DNA of 63,308 nt, filler included, from Trichomonas gallinae (Eukaryota): the NCBI GenBank assembly GCA_008369845.1. It is 7 parts of 7 records of this genome, joined end to end, with 100 filler letters (N's around TTAATTAATTAA, not from the genome) between each part and the next. Parts side by side here need not be neighbours in the genome. Positions count along the whole stretch, not along the records: positions 10,742 to 27,339 come from MRSU01001312.1; 6 more parts are not named here. One strand, given 5' to 3'. The notes beneath the pieces are model-generated. The model had not been told where the DNA came from. It searched no databases and worked only from the letters and a program-made list of their open reading frames with translations. This document shows positions 11,171-22,455 of this stretch, in pieces (positions within the stretch are counted from its first letter, which is position 1; the number at the start of each line of letters is the position of its first letter). The translations under genes were made by a program, and so were the position numbers.

Positions 11171-12151
11171 TCAATCACTAAATGTTGATGAATATTTTGT
11201 GAGTGAATCTTGCTGACTGATTAAACTCCTGAGTTCTGAGTTTCTAGCTCTTAAATCGTTGATTTCTGATTCCATTTCCGAAACTTCAGCAATTAACATT
11301 TTAGATTTTGATTCATCTTCTTCATATTTAGGAACAGCAGAAGATTTGGCGATAACAACTCTCAGTCTTGCTATTTCTTCCTTCATTTCTTCCATTTTCT
11401 CACGATTATGTTTTGCAATACTTTTAAACATTTCTTCTGTTGTTTGATATTCGCTTATCTGCTTTGCTATATCTTCTTCGAACTTCTCTCGTTCGCTTTG
11501 ATACTTCATAGAGATCTGATTCATTCGTTCTTGATGCATTTTTTCGAGTTTAAGAATTTCTTGCTTAAATTTCTTGTTTGCGTCGTGTGATTCTATCTTT
11601 TGATATATCTTTTGTTTGTTTGTCTGCTCAATTTGACCCGCCATGCTTACAATTTGTTGATTTCTTTGTGTTACTAATCTACTGATTGCTGTATCCATTG
11701 ATTCGACGATTGATGCATATCTTTCTGATAATTTCTTTGCATGTGTCAAGCGATATTGCTTATTATTTGGATCTTCGGCGCCAATTGATTTAGCAATAAA
11801 TTCCTCTGTGTCTTGCAAGGCTGTAATTAATTCATTATGAACGTATTCTTCTTCCTTTCTGTGTTTTTCCTTGAGTTTTTTTATTTCATCGTTCATATTT
11901 GCTAATATTTTTGATAAATTCTCGTTATATTCTTTTCTGTTTGTATCACGTTGATATGTCAATGCCTGGATCTCAGAGCTGTATTTAACATCATCATCTC
12001 GAATTTTCTGCTCAATATCAGCAATTTGTTTTTGAACATCTTCGAATTCTTGCTTAGTTTGAAGTATTTGCTGCTGTTTCAGTCGAAATATTTCGTCTGT
12101 CGATATTTTGTCGTCTTTTTGTTTCTTCTTCTTGATATAATAATTATCCAT
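11171..12151 (-). CDS. Coiled-coil protein, unknown function
   Basis: 326-aa ORF with E/K/Q-rich heptad pattern throughout. Confidence 0.75.
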   Translation of the reverse strand: MDNYYIKKKKQKDDKISTDEIFRLKQQQILQTKQEFEDVQKQIADIEQKIRDDDVKYSSEIQALTYQRDTNRKEYNENLSKILANMNDEIKKLKEKHRKEEEYVHNELITALQDTEEFIAKSIGAEDPNNKQYRLTHAKKLSERYASIVESMDTAISRLVTQRNQQIVSMAGQIEQTNKQKIYQKIESHDANKKFKQEILKLEKMHQERMNQISMKYQSEREKFEEDIAKQISEYQTTEEMFKSIAKHNREKMEEMKEEIARLRVVIAKSSAVPKYEEDESKSKMLIAEVSEMESEINDLRARNSELRSLISQQDSLTKYSSTFSD

Positions 12152-12269
12152 TATATAAAAAGGGTTTTACAAAATAAAACAGGGGGTAATAAAAAGTGAA
12201 AATTTTTCCAACAAATTTTTAACTTTAATCAAAATTCTAAATAGTATCAATATAACTGAGATATAACCT

Positions 12270-12497
12270 TTTTATTGCAATGTCCAAAATATATATAAGC
12301 GTTGATATATAAAAAATTCTTATTAATTTGAATTAATGCAATGAGAACCATTAGAAATAAGTATTCAGAACTTAATATTTTATTGCAATATCCAAAATGA
12401 TTAATAAACGTTGAAAATTTCAAAAAATATTATCTCATTGTTATTTATTGAAATTTATACAATGAGAAGCATGGGAAATAAATATACAAAGTCAAAA
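12270..12497. repeat. Degenerate ~110-120-bp tandem duplication (2 copies)
   Basis: TTTTATTGCAATRTCCAAAAT...ATAARCGTTGA...AATGAGAASCAT..GAAATAA.TAT.CA occurs at about 12270 and 12378. Confidence 0.7.
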
Positions 12498-12995
12498 ATA
12501 TTGAACAGCATAATAAAAAACTATGATTATCATTGGAAAAATTGAATTTTAAATTAAATAATAATATGAGTGTTTTTATTAAAAATTTGCTTAATTAAGC
12601 ATGAAGATAACTTGGATTTAATGATAATTTGTAAAAACTATCGAATTTAATTTGGAATTTTTAATTTGTTATGTTTTGGAATATATTAATGGAATATTCC
12701 TGATATGTGTAATGTATGCTTTATTATATATCAATTTCGGAAAAAATATTATATTGGTCGAGGAAAAATGCGATGAAAACTGTATATCATTCATAATATA
12801 TCTAAATCTCATTTACCTGAGCACAAAACTAGTAAAAGAGCATAGTGTTGTGCATGGCTACATCCAAATTCAAAGCAAGTATCTCCAATTTTTGTTTGTT
12901 TGTTCTTCTGATACCATAAATATATTGTTTATCAAGAGAAAAGGCAAACAAACGCGAAAAAACTAGAAAAGTATAAATAGGAAATCGTCAATAAT

Positions 12996-13016
12996 AACGG
13001 TTTTGACAGGTCATTT
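12996..13016 (+). promoter_or_regulatory. Trichomonad core promoter of eIF4A: M3-like motif (AACGGTTT) plus Inr (TCATTT)
   Basis: AACGGTTT at 12996-13003, TCATTT at 13011-13016, ATG at 13022. Matches the described T. vaginalis motif 3 and Inr. Confidence 0.7.
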
Positions 13017-13021
13017 CAGCA

Positions 13022-14464
13022 ATGTCTAATTTTTACGATAATGGACGTGAAGATGATGATTATGGCGCTCCACGCGGTGCGTATGGCGCAGGAGGATATG
13101 GTGGTGCCAACCGTGGGTACGGAGGCCGCGGATACGGAGGTGGACGCGGAAATTATGGCGGCGGAGGCAGATATAACGACCGTGGCTATGATAGAAACAG
13201 AGACCGCCGTGGTGGTGGCGGTGGTGGATATTCTTACGAATCTTCAATCCCGGCTCAAAATGATCCAGACTTTATTCCAAACTGGACTCAGCGCGTTGAC
13301 GATTTCGATCAGATGGACCTTCCACCTGCTTTGCTTCAGGGTATCTACAGCTACGGTTTCAGAGCACCTTCCGAAATTCAGGCTATCGCCATAGGAGCCA
13401 TCCGCGACGAGTCTAACAGGCACGTTATCGCCCAGGCTCAATCTGGTACCGGTAAAACTGGTGCATTCTCCATCGGTGTTCTTTCAAAAATCGATACATC
13501 ACAAAAGACAACACAAGCACTCGTTTTAGCACCAACACGCGAACTTACAACACAAATCTATAACGTTTTCAAGGAAATTGGCTGCCGTATTCCAGGTTTT
13601 GACATTGCTTTGTTCATCGGTGGCCAGAGAGTCACAGAAGATCAGCAGCGCGCTGCTTCACACCCACATGTCTGCGTCTGCACACCAGGACGTGCTTTGG
13701 ACCTTATCAACACTGGTCATCTTCGTGTAGAGAACTTTAAGATGGCTGTTCTCGATGAAGCCGATCAGATGCTTTCCGAGAACTTCCTCGAACAAGTTAA
13801 TGAGATTATGGAGTACTTCCCAGAAGAAATTCAAATTCTTCTTTTCTCTGCCACAATTTCCACGCAGATTTTCCATATTATGAACACATTCATGCATGAC
13901 CCAATCAGAATCTTAATCAAGAAAGAACAACTTACACTCGAAGGTATCAAGCAATATTATGTCAACGTTGAAAGTGAAGCCAACAAGTTCGAATGCCTTT
14001 TAGATATCTATGGCTCTGTCTCCATCCAGAAGGCTATCATTTTCGCTAACTCTAAAGGCGCTGTCGATTATATTTCATCACAGCTTATCAATCACGGTTT
14101 CGGTGTCGCACCAATCCATGCAGGTTTGGACCAGCTCGAGCGTGATAGAATTATGAGAGATTTCCGTACAGGTACAGCTCGTGTTCTCATTTCTACAGAT
14201 CTTCTTGCTCGTGGTATCGATGTTCAGCAAGTTACTCTCGTTATCAACTTCGAGCTTCCTAAGAGACTCGAACAGTACATCCACCGTATTGGTCGTTCCG
14301 GTCGTTACGGCCGTAAAGGTGTCGCCATCAACATCTGCGACAACTCTGACATGAATGTTATCGAAGATCTTAGGCACCACTACCAGACAAATATTAACGA
14401 ACTTCCAAGTGATATTGAGAAAGTTGTCAATGAGGCAAATGCTCAGTGGGATGATGAGAAATAA
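13022..14464 (+). CDS. eIF4A: DEAD-box RNA helicase, eIF4A family, with RGG/YGG-rich N-terminal extension
   Basis: Q motif (GIYSYGFRAPSEIQ), AQSGTGKT, PTREL, DEAD, SAT, LTLEGIKQYYV, RGIDVQQV, HRIGRSGRYGRKG. Confidence 0.92.
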   Translation: MSNFYDNGREDDDYGAPRGAYGAGGYGGANRGYGGRGYGGGRGNYGGGGRYNDRGYDRNRDRRGGGGGGYSYESSIPAQNDPDFIPNWTQRVDDFDQMDLPPALLQGIYSYGFRAPSEIQAIAIGAIRDESNRHVIAQAQSGTGKTGAFSIGVLSKIDTSQKTTQALVLAPTRELTTQIYNVFKEIGCRIPGFDIALFIGGQRVTEDQQRAASHPHVCVCTPGRALDLINTGHLRVENFKMAVLDEADQMLSENFLEQVNEIMEYFPEEIQILLFSATISTQIFHIMNTFMHDPIRILIKKEQLTLEGIKQYYVNVESEANKFECLLDIYGSVSIQKAIIFANSKGAVDYISSQLINHGFGVAPIHAGLDQLERDRIMRDFRTGTARVLISTDLLARGIDVQQVTLVINFELPKRLEQYIHRIGRSGRYGRKGVAINICDNSDMNVIEDLRHHYQTNINELPSDIEKVVNEANAQWDDEK

Positions 14465-14989
14465 ATTGGTTTTAGCTATTATACAACTATAAATATTTTA
14501 TTACCACTATTATCTGATTATTCAAAAATTTTTTTAATATGTTTTACTATCAAAATCTTTATAGTTTCACTTTCCTTCATGTGAAACTGGTGAAATTAGT
14601 TTACTATCTATAATCATATAATTTTTGTTATGTAAAATAATTACATGACAAAAATAATAAAATGCATCAATAGTTTGGTTATGGGCTCATTCCAACAATA
14701 TTGTATCTAATATCAAAGAAAAAGGAGTTTCGGATCCATCTGAAAATTTGATATTCTCAAAAATAAATTCAAACTATGATTCTATTGAATATATCAATCA
14801 TATTGGAGCAATTGTTGCATTTTAAAAGCTACATGTTGATTATTTGTTTATCTATTCAAAAAATAAAATTATCAAAGGGATTCTTATTGTATTGCGTACA
14901 CAATTTATTTCAGTAACAATATAATAAAGAAAGAAAAAGAATTTTTACAAAAATAAGAAAATTTGGATAAAGATATCAGTTTAATAGAA

Positions 14990-16993
14990 TTAGAAGTGGT
15001 ATCTTGCGAAGGCTTCGAGGGCCTCGAATTCTTCCATGCCGAAGGCCTTGAATCTCATAGCTGTGTCGTGGTTTCTGTACTCAGCACGCTGCCAGAACTC
15101 TCTTGGATCCTCACCAAGGAATGGAGCACCATCCTTCTGTGTCTGGTGGTAGAAGATTGCCTTTCTCTTGCGGATGACCTGCTCGTGTGTCAATGGGACG
15201 GACATTTCGATTTCTTCCATATCCCACTCTCTCCATGCGCCTCTGTAGAGCCAGACCCAGCACTCCTTCATGAAGTCGAGAGCTCTCATCTTTCTGAGGG
15301 CAGCGAAGATGCCGTCAAGGCAGACCTTGTGTGTGCCGTGTGGATCGCCGAGATCGCCAGCAGCGAAGATCTGGTGTGGCTTGACAGATGTGATGAGGTC
15401 CATGATGATCTTGATATCATCATCGGAGATTGGCTTCTTCTTGATAGCACCTGTCTCGTAGAATGGGAGGTTGAGGAAGTGGACCTGGTTGTCTGGGACG
15501 TTGAAGTATCTTGTAGCACCAAGAGACTCGTGTCTTCTGATGTTGCCCTTGAGCATTCTGACGTCCTCAGCATCGATCTCACCCTTCTTGTTGTGGATGG
15601 CGTTGATGGCCTCTGTGACCTTTGGAAGGTTCTGGTTGCCGAACATCTCCCTGAAGACTTCGACGTACTTCAAGGCCTGCTCGTCAGCGACAGCGATGTT
15701 GCCGGATGTCATGTAAGCGACGTGGACTTCGTGGCCCTGCTCAACGAGTCTGTCGAATGTGCCGCCCATAGAGATGACGTCGTCGTCTGGGTGTGGGGAG
15801 AAGATGATGACTCTCTTCTTGAGTGGTGTTGGGCGCTCTGGGGCGTGGTTGTTGTTAGCCTCACCGCCTGGGTAGAATGTGATTGACTTGTGGAGTCTTG
15901 TGAAGATGGCGTCGTTGTACTTCTCGACTGGTGTATCAGCGATAAGAGCACCAAGGCCGTTGTCCTTGTAGTCCTTAGCTGTGAGGTTGAGGATGGACTT
16001 CTGGAGCTTCTCGCAGAGCCAGAAGACAGCCTTGACGGACATCTGCTCGTTCCACTTGATGTCACCGACCAACCATGGAGTGGCGATCTTTGTGAGCTCG
16101 GAAGCGGACTCTTCATCGAGGCAGAATGTTGTGTTGCCGTGGTTCTGAAGGTAGGAGGCTGGGATGGCGGATGTAACTGGGCCTTCGATAGCCTTCTTGA
16201 CGATTGGAGCCTTGTTCTCGCCCCAAGCCATGATGACGATTCTCTTAGCGCCGAGAACTGAGCCAACGCCCATTGTGATAGCGCGCTTTGGAACGTTGTC
16301 GATGCCGTGGAAGGCTGGAGCAGCGTCCTTGCGTGTAAGGTGGTTGAGTGTGACCATTCTTGTGCCGGAATTCTTGTGTGATGGTGGCTCATTGAAACCG
16401 ATGTGGCCTGTTCTGCCGATGCCGAGCAACTGGAAGTCTAAGCCACCAGCCTCACGGATCTGGCGGTCATAGTTAAGGCAGAATTCGATAACCTTGTCCT
16501 CTGGAACTGTGCCATCTGGAATGTGGACGTTCTTTGGATCGATATCGATGTGGTTGAAGAGGTGGTAGTGCATGAAGTACCAGTATGACTCTGTGTTATC
16601 CTTTTGAAGGCCGTAGTATTCGTCCAAGTTGAATGTAATAACATTCTTGAAGGACAAACCTTCTTCCTTGTGCATGCGAACTAATTCCTTGTAGACCTTG
16701 ATTGGAGAAGAGCCTGTGGCGAGACCTAAAACGCACTTTTCGCCCTTGGCATTCTTTTCTTTGATGATCTTAGCGATCTCGTGAGCGATAGCCTTGGAGC
16801 CAACCTCCTGGCTTGTGAAGATAACGTTGTGGATGTTTTCGAATCTTGTTTCCTCGAATAATCCTGGAGCCTGATAATGAATATCGTCAGAATCGACCAA
16901 TTTAACCAATCCTGCGCTGATGCCGTTGCCAGCGAGACCCCAATCACCGTAGATCTCGGGGTCACGGATCAATAATGACCAGAAGACAAACAT
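14990..16993 (-). CDS. nagB: Glucosamine-6-phosphate deaminase fused to PIG-L/LmbE-like deacetylase domain (Bacteroidetes-type long NagB)
   Basis: GLATGSSP, TFNLDEYY, LLGIGRTGHIGFNEP, AITMG; C-terminal SPHPDDDVISMGG and DPHGTH. First ATG 16993. Strong codon bias. Confidence 0.93.
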   Translation of the reverse strand: MFVFWSLLIRDPEIYGDWGLAGNGISAGLVKLVDSDDIHYQAPGLFEETRFENIHNVIFTSQEVGSKAIAHEIAKIIKEKNAKGEKCVLGLATGSSPIKVYKELVRMHKEEGLSFKNVITFNLDEYYGLQKDNTESYWYFMHYHLFNHIDIDPKNVHIPDGTVPEDKVIEFCLNYDRQIREAGGLDFQLLGIGRTGHIGFNEPPSHKNSGTRMVTLNHLTRKDAAPAFHGIDNVPKRAITMGVGSVLGAKRIVIMAWGENKAPIVKKAIEGPVTSAIPASYLQNHGNTTFCLDEESASELTKIATPWLVGDIKWNEQMSVKAVFWLCEKLQKSILNLTAKDYKDNGLGALIADTPVEKYNDAIFTRLHKSITFYPGGEANNNHAPERPTPLKKRVIIFSPHPDDDVISMGGTFDRLVEQGHEVHVAYMTSGNIAVADEQALKYVEVFREMFGNQNLPKVTEAINAIHNKKGEIDAEDVRMLKGNIRRHESLGATRYFNVPDNQVHFLNLPFYETGAIKKKPISDDDIKIIMDLITSVKPHQIFAAGDLGDPHGTHKVCLDGIFAALRKMRALDFMKECWVWLYRGAWREWDMEEIEMSVPLTHEQVIRKRKAIFYHQTQKDGAPFLGEDPREFWQRAEYRNHDTAMRFKAFGMEEFEALEAFARYHF

Positions 16994-19900
16994 AAAAATA
17001 AAAAAGTGTCGCCAACGATGTATGTTAGTCACATCACTCCCCGTTCTTCTCCATTTATTCCTTCTTCTCTAATGTTTTAAATTTAGCAGCCAAAACTTGG
17101 TTTTCAGTGAAGAAAAATTCGGCAAACTAATTAGAGGTATAGAATTGGTCACTTCCGTACGAAAGCTATTGGATTACTCATGGAAATGAGCAATAAACAA
17201 TCGATAAAAACAATTTTCTTGTTTATTGTTTAATTTCACAATTTCGTCAACGGGTTGAATGGTTTTTCGTTTTGAAAATATATTATATTGCTGAATGCTA
17301 TTATTGTATATTGTCCAATTTTCAATAAAAAGCATTTCTGATCAAAATCGCAATATTATTGGCTTCCCTTGATTTTTAAGCTTGAAAACGGCTATATCTT
17401 AAACTAAATACTTGTGTATAATATATTAATGATGTCAAATAGCTATTTTAAGCAATTTAACTACATTTCAATAAATCTCAAGAACAAAAAGGTGGTCAAG
17501 CAAGATAATCATATCATAACATTTTTGGATATATATAAATATTAGATACATATTGAGCAATCATAACTTTTAGTTTTTGGCTTGAAATTCAACGATTTTC
17601 GATGATTATTCTAATATGAGAAATTTCACATAAAATACATCTGCACTCTTGGTATATTTTCTATTTTATTGTCCAAATCATGAAAATATTCGATTTTTTC
17701 GATACCAAAAAAAAATATTTTGTTGTTTGATCAAGATTTTAAGATACAATATAAAGAAAATGATTTTAAACTTTATTATGTGTTTAAATTTGCATTTTGT
17801 CGATAATTGAAATGGCAAATTTATTCTTTTTGAGAAAAATGTAATAACCGAGTTATTGGAAATGAGATATAAAATGTTTAAAAGGTTTTTATTCATTTTC
17901 CATGATTACATCGAATAATAACATATCAAATTTATATCATTCGAAAAAACAACGAATCTATGGCGAATCCATCCATATACGTTTCAGTATACTCACATGT
18001 AAGTCATTTAACAATAGTAAAATCCTCTAATCTGAAATTTATTTTAATTCAATCAATTTCTTGAAAAATTTAATGCTAAACTATATATAAAATAATATTA
18101 TATCTATCTATATACTCTTACTCTATCGATTTATAAATGATATATTGTATTTAGTCTCTGAAAATTCACAATTCAATTTTGAAATAGGTTCAATATTTAT
18201 GTTTAGCGGCTATGATATTGTCATTTTATCTATTTATTTGATATGTTGGAGATGCCTATGTCTAACATGTCCAATGTCCAATGATAATTCAAAATCGAGA
18301 ATACAAATTTAATAAAATTACGGCTAAATTTGATTTTAGTGCTAAAAATGGATTTACTATGACTTCATCATATGATACATTGCAATTCTTTATCTGGCAA
18401 AAAATTGATAATCGTTAAATCAATTCAAAATATAATTGAATAGGAATTGAATTTCAAAAACCAGCAAAAATAGGTTATTACTGCTTTCTGATGCAGGCAT
18501 AACATATTTAAGCATTTTATAGACAATTTGTGGTCATCATATCCTTAGATATCGCCGAGATAATAATTTTTATTGATCAATAATTTAAAATCAGCGATAA
18601 ACTAGGCGCCGACAAGAGATTTCGAATCCCTATTGCAACAATTGGAATTGGATACTATATACTACATTATCAAGCTGAAATAGCAATTATTGTCGTTACA
18701 GTTGCTAATTTAACCAAATCAATGCTTCATGATACCAATCGAAAAATCAATTGTGAATTCCTCTATTTACAATGCAGGATAAATAGAGAACTCTGTATAA
18801 TCATTTGATTTAGTAATTTTTGTTTTCCTAGAATCCCAAATTGGAAGAACTAAAACTTCAGAATTTTTTTCAATCGGGAAAACTAATTTTATAGCATTTG
18901 ATAGAATTTGATAATACATTTGTCTCTGATGACAAGTCATCAACAATATGAATCATACAGCAACAATTCGTAGTATTACATAAGGTGTAGGCTCAGATAG
19001 TTGTTTCAAATTTCGGTTCTTTTTTAATTCAGACATGGATGCAAAAGCATTGATTTGATTAAATTGCTCGATTAATTAGGAGATCAACAATAGGTGATGA
19101 TATCAGCTGTTATCAATCTTTGTTCATTCAAATGTTATATCTTTCCGTAGCTGCCACATATTAGCTTTAAATTCAAAAAATTCACGTAAAACATTGTTGA
19201 AAGTTGTCTAAGTCTTGAGGATGCATGTTTGAATACAATTTTTTAAAAAACTATGATGTAGGAGTCAATTCATTACCTTAATGTAGTAATATTGAGAAAG
19301 AATTTCAATTCCAAAATCCAAAATCATTTGATTTTAGATGTGAATCATAAAAAGTAAGATATAAACTTATAAATGTATTATATGAACATACTATCCATAT
19401 AAAGTTATGTAGCGCAACGACTATGAATAAATAGCAAATATTAAAGATTCACAAGTTTGAAAAAATAAACGTAATATATGCGATATTGGTTGAATATTAA
19501 GGGTTGTATCATATGACAATGCTTGTTTGAGATGGTGTTATGGTATTTGATGCAAAATAAATTCAGAATGTAATGAAAAAGGATTGAATTCATTCAATGT
19601 CATAAATTAATAGTGTATACATTTATTAATGAAAATACAATGAAAGTAAGCTATAAAAACAAAAAAAATAATTGCGAAGAAAATTCGGAAACAAATTCAT
19701 CATTGAACAAATCTATTTTTCTAATGTGTAAGACTATCTGATGGTATATTTCAGTAGAATCATTGATTCTCTACGCCAATTAAAAATGAACAAATAGAAA
19801 TCTAACTTAAAGTTGGGATTTTGATTTTGATACTGCATCTTAATGGTCAGTTGAAATTAGATATAGTTAAAAAGCACTTGCGAAATGGTAAATTATTTTC

Positions 19901-20868
19901 AAAAATATAAAAAAATTAGTCTGTTAATATGTATGATACCAATGAGTTATGAAAAAGAATCAGAGAAGAGTAAAAAAAAATTGAATGGAGATTATGCTAT
20001 AAGTGAAGGATCCCGATAACTGTAATAAACAGAAATATCGAAGAAAATTATAGCTAATCGAAAAACATAAAATTGATTTCAAAAATTTGTGATGTCATAT
20101 TCAAAAAATAATTATTTGTATCACAAAACAGTTTGAATTTTGCTCAACTTCGTTAAATTTGGATAAACGAAAAATAATTCTTCATGCTATGTTTTGGTAA
20201 GGGGTTTCCGGAAATTTTATCGTCAAAGCTTAATTTTAAAAATTTTATGTAATTATTGATACATAACAATATTATCTAAAATCTAAAACTGAAATTTGAC
20301 ACCTTATCAATTGCAAAAGGCTAAATTATTAATCAGTATATAGAGAAGATTCATAAAACATTCTGGCGAAATATCGTGAACAGTCACAATTTTGTCGATT
20401 AAATTCTTCTCAAAAATCATAGTAATTTAATTTTATTTTTGAACAAATATTGTTATATATGATCCCAGCATTAATTTATTTTTTCCATTCAAAAAATATT
20501 ATTTGATATTTCGTTATATCTCTATATGTATAATAAATTTGTCTCCATATGTCACATTTTGCACGTTGGCTTTTAACATAACCGCCAGCTTTTCATTCAA
20601 ATTTAATCTTTGAGAAGATCTCGATGAATTATGCTTGTAACTGTATGTTGAACATATTTCACCCGATGTTAAAAATTTTTAGTGAAAAACATAAATATTG
20701 GAATTACGCGATTCTTTGCTTATAAATCCAACTGTTATACTGTATAGTGCTGATATATCACGATGAAATAACTAACATAATTTGATTTGATTTTATTATA
20801 TCGTCCCAAACACTCACAAAATTTTGAGAAGCGTTTTTCCTTCAGAAAAAATAAAATCATTATTTACC

Positions 20869-21426
20869 ATGTTAGCCATGAATAGCAGATCCGGACAGAA
20901 AATCGTCAAGTCAAAGTTTACTCCTGAAGAGGACCAGAAGCTCTTCAACCTTGTAAACGGGTTGCAAGAAGTTGATTGGAATGCTATTGCAAAACAATTC
21001 TCCCACAGAAATTCAAGACAATGCCGTGAAAGATGGCAGAACTACCTCAATCCAAACCTCACAAAGGATAATTGGACAGAGGAAGACGATCGCCTTCTTC
21101 TCGATCGTTATAAAGAAATGGGCCCACACTGGAATGCCATTGGAAGGACTCTCGGAAACCGCTCCGGTAATTCTGTTCGTAACCGGTACTTAGTCCTCAT
21201 GAGATTCCAGCAGAAGCACCCAGAATCTTCTTTGTTTACACGTGCAAGCTCTCCGGTTGAAATGCCAACTATTGAATCTGTTGATTCACCACTCAGCAAC
21301 ATGAGTGAACCGGAGACACCAAAAGATGCGGAAGTTAGTTTAATTGATAAGATTTTCAATGAAAATGTTATCGAAGGCCTTTTCCGGGCTGATGAATTTG
21401 ATTTTCTTGAAACAATGTTCATGTAA
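20869..21426 (+). CDS. R2R3 Myb-like DNA-binding protein
   Basis: KFTPEEDQKL...W..IA....RNSRQCRERWQNYLNP...WTEEED.LL.....GPHWNAI....NRSGNSVRNRY. Inr TCATTA at 20858. Confidence 0.95.
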   Translation: MLAMNSRSGQKIVKSKFTPEEDQKLFNLVNGLQEVDWNAIAKQFSHRNSRQCRERWQNYLNPNLTKDNWTEEDDRLLLDRYKEMGPHWNAIGRTLGNRSGNSVRNRYLVLMRFQQKHPESSLFTRASSPVEMPTIESVDSPLSNMSEPETPKDAEVSLIDKIFNENVIEGLFRADEFDFLETMFM

Positions 21427-22455
21427 AATGTAATTGACCATGAGTTTTTGATGAAATGATTCTTTTTCATTTTTAACAGTTCGGAAATTAATTCACTTTA
21501 ATGCCACCACTCTTAGCAACCTATAATATATGGTATTTTTACGCTTACAGTAAGCACTCTTAGCGGCTGAATAGATCAAGGATTGTGGTAGATAAATAAT
21601 TTAGGCCCCGCAGTGTGATAAAACAATTATGTGCTACTATCTGATCTAAAATATCAAGGATTTATGCACCAAATTTCGGTATGTAATTTCCTGAATTAGA
21701 TTTTATGCCCGACAGGCTTAAAATTGCTATGGATATGTCTAGAAATAGGAGATATAAGCGTATATTGGGTTTAAATGTCGATTTCTACCATAATAATTTT
21801 AGCTTTTGCACTTTTCAGCAGCAATTCGATGGCATTTATACAATACAGCTACAAGTCAGCAAACAAAGCAACTTTCCACTTCCAAGATTCGGAAGTATTT
21901 ATTTTTCACCAGTAAATCTTTTTTTTTGAATGCAATTTGTGCCATGCGATGAGGCCTCAATGGAAAGTTGTAGGGCGTCTGTGTTTACTTAATGATTATC
22001 GAAGTTATGGCTCTGAACGCTGATCTTAAATAATTATCCGGATCTATTATTCCTTACTATACTTCAGATTGTTTAAAAACGCTATAATAGTGAACATTAC
22101 TCTCTGTTCAATAAGTCGTTCACCATATTATGGATACATTTAATCCAAATATTGCAATATATTTGCAATTAGCTAGTTTCTATGGTATATTATCATTACT
22201 ATTAAGTTTACAGGAATAATAAACCTGCTGTGATGCAAATAAAAGCAAATATTATCAAAGATTATAATATTTGGTTATTTACTTGTGATACTTTGTGAAA
22301 TGGTAGTGAATAGTATATTTTTAGTAAATAACAAATCTCTAAGCTTGAAATTCATTTAAAGCTTAGTTTTTAAGAAAGCAATTAAAACATATGACGCTGT
22401 GTCAGATTTGTTATTTTACATGTCAAACTTTGGCATGAAAATGTCACTTTTCAAA

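Noticed and set aside
12652..12966. 104-aa ORF upstream of eIF4A
   Set aside because: TTG start, AT-rich low-complexity composition, no motifs.
14963..16472. Long antisense and alternate-frame ORFs over nagB
   Set aside because: Shadow ORFs from strong codon bias; no recognisable protein features.
17678..17896. Short AT-rich ORFs in intergenic regions (also 24358, 34028, 40878)
   Set aside because: Composition is that of random AT-rich DNA, with no Inr/ATG context or domain signal.
21480..22100. Slightly GC-richer stretch with CACTCTTAGC repeated, possible ncRNA or snoRNA
   Set aside because: No convincing C/D boxes, cloverleaf or stable stem found by eye.
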